The translations under genes and the position numbers were made by a program. The notes below the pieces were generated by a model. The model saw nothing but the letters and a program-made list of their open reading frames with translations, searched no databases and had not been told where the DNA came from. 64,000 nt of DNA from the NCBI GenBank assembly GCA_963764165.1, contig CAVXRD010000001.1, positions 576,001 to 640,000 of the forward strand, given 5' to 3'. Positions 61,423 through 64,000 of this stretch are shown here, piece after piece (the first letter of the stretch is position 1; each line of letters starts with the position of its first letter). The DNA is from an uncultured Verrucomicrobiae bacterium (lineage in GTDB: Bacteria; Verrucomicrobiota; Verrucomicrobiia; Limisphaerales; Palsa-1400).

Positions 61423-63216
61423 TCAATGCGGCAGGTAGCTTTCGACCATGTCCTTTACCGATTGGCGGATCATCGAGCCCGATTTGGGATCGCCGTGCAA
61501 AACAGACCCCATGAAATGACGCGCCTGCTTGAAGGTTATATGCGGCGGCAGCGGAGGAACCTCCGGGTCTGTCCTGGCCTCAATCACGACCGGACGATCG
61601 GCAGCCAGCGCCTCCTCCCACGCCGCCGCGACGCAAGCGGGGCTGTCAAGTCGAATGCCTTTCAGGCCCAGCGATTCCGCATAGGCAGCATAAGGGAAGG
61701 AGGGCAATTCCTGGGAGGCGGTGTACTTCGGGTCGCCGCTCAAGACGCGCTGTTCCCAAGTGACCTGGTTGAGATCCGAGTTATTCAGAACCAAAATGAT
61801 CAGCCGCGGATCCTTCCATTGCTTCCAGTATTTTTCGATGGTGACAAGTTCGCCATTGCCGTTCATCTGCATCGCGCCATCGCCGACCAAGGCAATGACG
61901 ACGCGTTCCGGAAAAGCGAATTTCGCCGCGATGGCATATGGAACCCCCGCCCCCATCGTGGCCAGATTTCCTGACAGCGACGCCATCATTCCCGGGCGCA
62001 ATTTCAAATCGCGCGCAAACCAATTGGCCGCCGAGCCGGAATCCGAGGTGAGAATGCAGTTGTCGGGGAGGCGGGGCGAAAGATCCCAGAAGACGCGCTG
62101 GGGATTGAGCGGATTGGCTTCGTTCATCGCCCGCGACTCGAGGACTTTCCACCACTCGGCGACATCCTTTTCGATTTTGTTGCGCCACGAACGATCCTCT
62201 TTTTGTTTCAGCAAGGGAATGAGCGCCTTGAGAGTTTCCCCGGAATCCCCGGCGAGACAGACATCCGCCGGATAGCGCAGGCTCAACATGCGTTGGTCGA
62301 TGTCAATCTGGACGCAGCGGGCCTGGCCTTCCTTCGGCAGGAATTCGGAATAGGGGAAACTGGTGCCGATCATGAAAAGCGTGTCGCAATTTTGCATCAT
62401 GTCCCAGCTCGGCTTGGTGCCGAGCAAGCCGATGGAGCCGGTGACAAAGGGAAATTCGTCCGGCAGGGCGGCTTTCCCGAGCAGCGCTTTGGCCACCCCT
62501 GCCCCGAGAAGTTCCGCCGCCTCGACCACTTGCAGCGGAGCCCTGGCCGCGCCCGCGCCGACAAGCATCGCGACGCGCTTGCCTTCGTTGAGAATATGCG
62601 CCGCCCGACGCAGTTCGTCTTCAGCGGGCACAATCACAGAATTTGCATGGCCGACGCCGGAGTGAACTGTTCCATGAAGATGATCGGGCTTTTCGACCGC
62701 TTTTTCCTCCTGCAAATCGGCCGGAATGATGATGCAGGTGACGGTGCGTTCCGCTCTGGCGATGCGCACCGCGCGGTCCACCAAATGCCGGATCTGCGCC
62801 GGGTGCGAGGCCTGCTGGACAAACTCGGAGGCAACGTCCTTGAACAGCGAAAGCAAATCCACTTCCTGCTGGTAAGCGCCGCCCATCGCCTGCCGGGACG
62901 CCTGCCCCACGATGGCCACGACGGGGACGTGGTCCAATTTTGCGTCGTAAAGACCGTTGAGCAGATGAATCGCGCCGGGGCCGGAAGTGGCAAGGCAAAC
63001 GCCCACTTCGCGGGTAAATTTGGCATGGGCGCAAGCCATGAAGGCCGCCATTTCCTCATGCCGCGCCTGGATGAATTCCAGCCTGTGCGAATTCTTTTCC
63101 GCGCGTTGAAGCGCTCCCATGATGCCATTAATGCCGTCGCCCGGGTAGCCGAAAATTCGCCGAATACCCCACTGATGAAGCCGATGGATCAAAAAGTCCG
63201 CGCAGGTGTCGCTCAT
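61423..63216 (-). CDS. Thiamine-pyrophosphate-requiring enzyme (pyruvate oxidase/PoxB-like)
   Basis: GYPGDGIN, RHEEMAAF, TSGPGAIHLLNGLYDA, GDGAMQMN...NN. Confidence 0.93.
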   Translation of the reverse strand: MSDTCADFLIHRLHQWGIRRIFGYPGDGINGIMGALQRAEKNSHRLEFIQARHEEMAAFMACAHAKFTREVGVCLATSGPGAIHLLNGLYDAKLDHVPVVAIVGQASRQAMGGAYQQEVDLLSLFKDVASEFVQQASHPAQIRHLVDRAVRIARAERTVTCIIIPADLQEEKAVEKPDHLHGTVHSGVGHANSVIVPAEDELRRAAHILNEGKRVAMLVGAGAARAPLQVVEAAELLGAGVAKALLGKAALPDEFPFVTGSIGLLGTKPSWDMMQNCDTLFMIGTSFPYSEFLPKEGQARCVQIDIDQRMLSLRYPADVCLAGDSGETLKALIPLLKQKEDRSWRNKIEKDVAEWWKVLESRAMNEANPLNPQRVFWDLSPRLPDNCILTSDSGSAANWFARDLKLRPGMMASLSGNLATMGAGVPYAIAAKFAFPERVVIALVGDGAMQMNGNGELVTIEKYWKQWKDPRLIILVLNNSDLNQVTWEQRVLSGDPKYTASQELPSFPYAAYAESLGLKGIRLDSPACVAAAWEEALAADRPVVIEARTDPEVPPLPPHITFKQARHFMGSVLHGDPKSGSMIRQSVKDMVESYLPH

Positions 63217-63346
63217 ACGAGTATTCTTTAGCTAGACTCCTGCCAAAGCCCCGGCTCCCCTCCGCGTGGGGCGGCGTTGGGGCGCGCACGGCAATTTGCC
63301 CGCCGACAGATTGACCCTGATTGCAAATTGCCAAAGCGGGGAAATT

Positions 63347-63565
63347 CCCGCTGGGGACACCGGGGATGCCCCTTGTCACCAGTATTGGTGACTTTCAGGT
63401 TTTCAGGGAGGAGGTATGGTGTTCACAGTTGACGGAGCGAAGTGCGGTTGTTTCCGTGAAAAGTGTCAGCGTGGTCCGCAGCGCTGCTTCGAAAACGAAA
63501 AAGACTTAAAGTTGTTCTCAAGTCAGAGAGGGCCGGGCTTAAAACCCCGGCCCTTCTGTTTTTTC
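63347..63565 (+). ncRNA. Putative sRNA transcription unit, copy 2 (RNA ~63426-63564)
   Basis: Direct repeat of 56050-56269; perfect palindrome GTCACCA-GTAT-TGGTGAC 63375-63392, TATGGT 63415-63420, same hairpins and terminator. Confidence 0.65.
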
Positions 63566-63689
63566 GAGATAAGTCATTCTGGCTTTTTCCCCACGCGCGT
63601 TGAACAATTCGGTTAGCGGTCTCCCGCCAGCATTCTCGGGTTGTGGAGGTTCATTTACGGCGCACGACTGACGCGCGCGTCTTTCCCGC

Positions 63690-64000
63690 TCAACAGGGCG
63701 CAGGCCGCTCTACTGTTTCATCAGCGGCGAGCTCGCAAGTCAAAGTCACCACAGGCTGGCTTTGAATATCACGCCGGAAATCCTCAGGAATCCGCGCCCA
63801 ATCCAGGACCTCAACCAAGATGGGAAGATTGCTTTCGGAGAGCGCCTCGCGCAAGCGCGAGACGTTTTTGCACGGCGCGTCCAGCTGCTCCGGGTTGCGG
63901 ATGACAAGGTCGAGATCGGATGTCTCGTGAGAAGTATGGTTGACCCGACTGCCGTAAGCCCAAACTTCCGCGTTCGGCACATATTGGCGAAGCAGTTCAA
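63690..64000 (-). CDS. Minimal nucleotidyltransferase (MNT) domain protein, 5' end outside the window
   Basis: YGSR...SDLDL and LPILVEVLDW motifs. Confidence 0.85.
   Translation of the reverse strand, partial: ELLRQYVPNAEVWAYGSRVNHTSHETSDLDLVIRNPEQLDAPCKNVSRLREALSESNLPILVEVLDWARIPEDFRRDIQSQPVVTLTCELAADETVERPAPC

Noticed and set aside
63690..64000. Complete MNT-HEPN toxin-antitoxin pair
   Set aside because: No HEPN gene downstream; any partner would lie outside the window

Overview
GC-rich bacterial chromosomal segment. The gene content (prepilin/H-X9-DG protein, ECF sigma factor with a C-terminal extension, DUF1080, choice-of-anchor proteins, dnaB-bamA-skp order) suggests Verrucomicrobiota; this is inferred, not searched. 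Positions 1-8770 are a decayed genomic-island mosaic: secreted cargo genes, a coupling-protein remnant, a tRNA-Glu-like att core with arm sites on both sides, an intact P4-like integrase, an orphan DNA methyltransferase and a truncated second integrase. The rest is mostly housekeeping genes (dnaB, bamA, skp, trpB, dusB, glyQS), proteases, regulators, two ABC pairs, large secreted proteins and a four-gene TPP-enzyme/enolase/FAD-Fe-S/SDR operon, with several REP/REPIN families between genes. Four observations stand out. (1) A complete ~220 bp unit (palindrome, -10 box, structured RNA with complementary loops, terminator) occurs twice as a direct repeat bracketing the oxidase operon, a candidate undescribed sRNA. 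(2) An ImmA/IrrE-family protease just upstream of dnaB starts with nearly the same N-terminal peptide as DnaB, conserved through synonymous changes. (3) An IS1182-family element and a 142 bp MITE are inserted at the same position of the two REPs of one doublet. (4) A 1.3 kb non-coding region carries stacked ~10-11 bp-phased repeats and IHF-like sites. No complete tRNA, rRNA or CRISPR array was seen. All family assignments are by motif recognition, without database searches.
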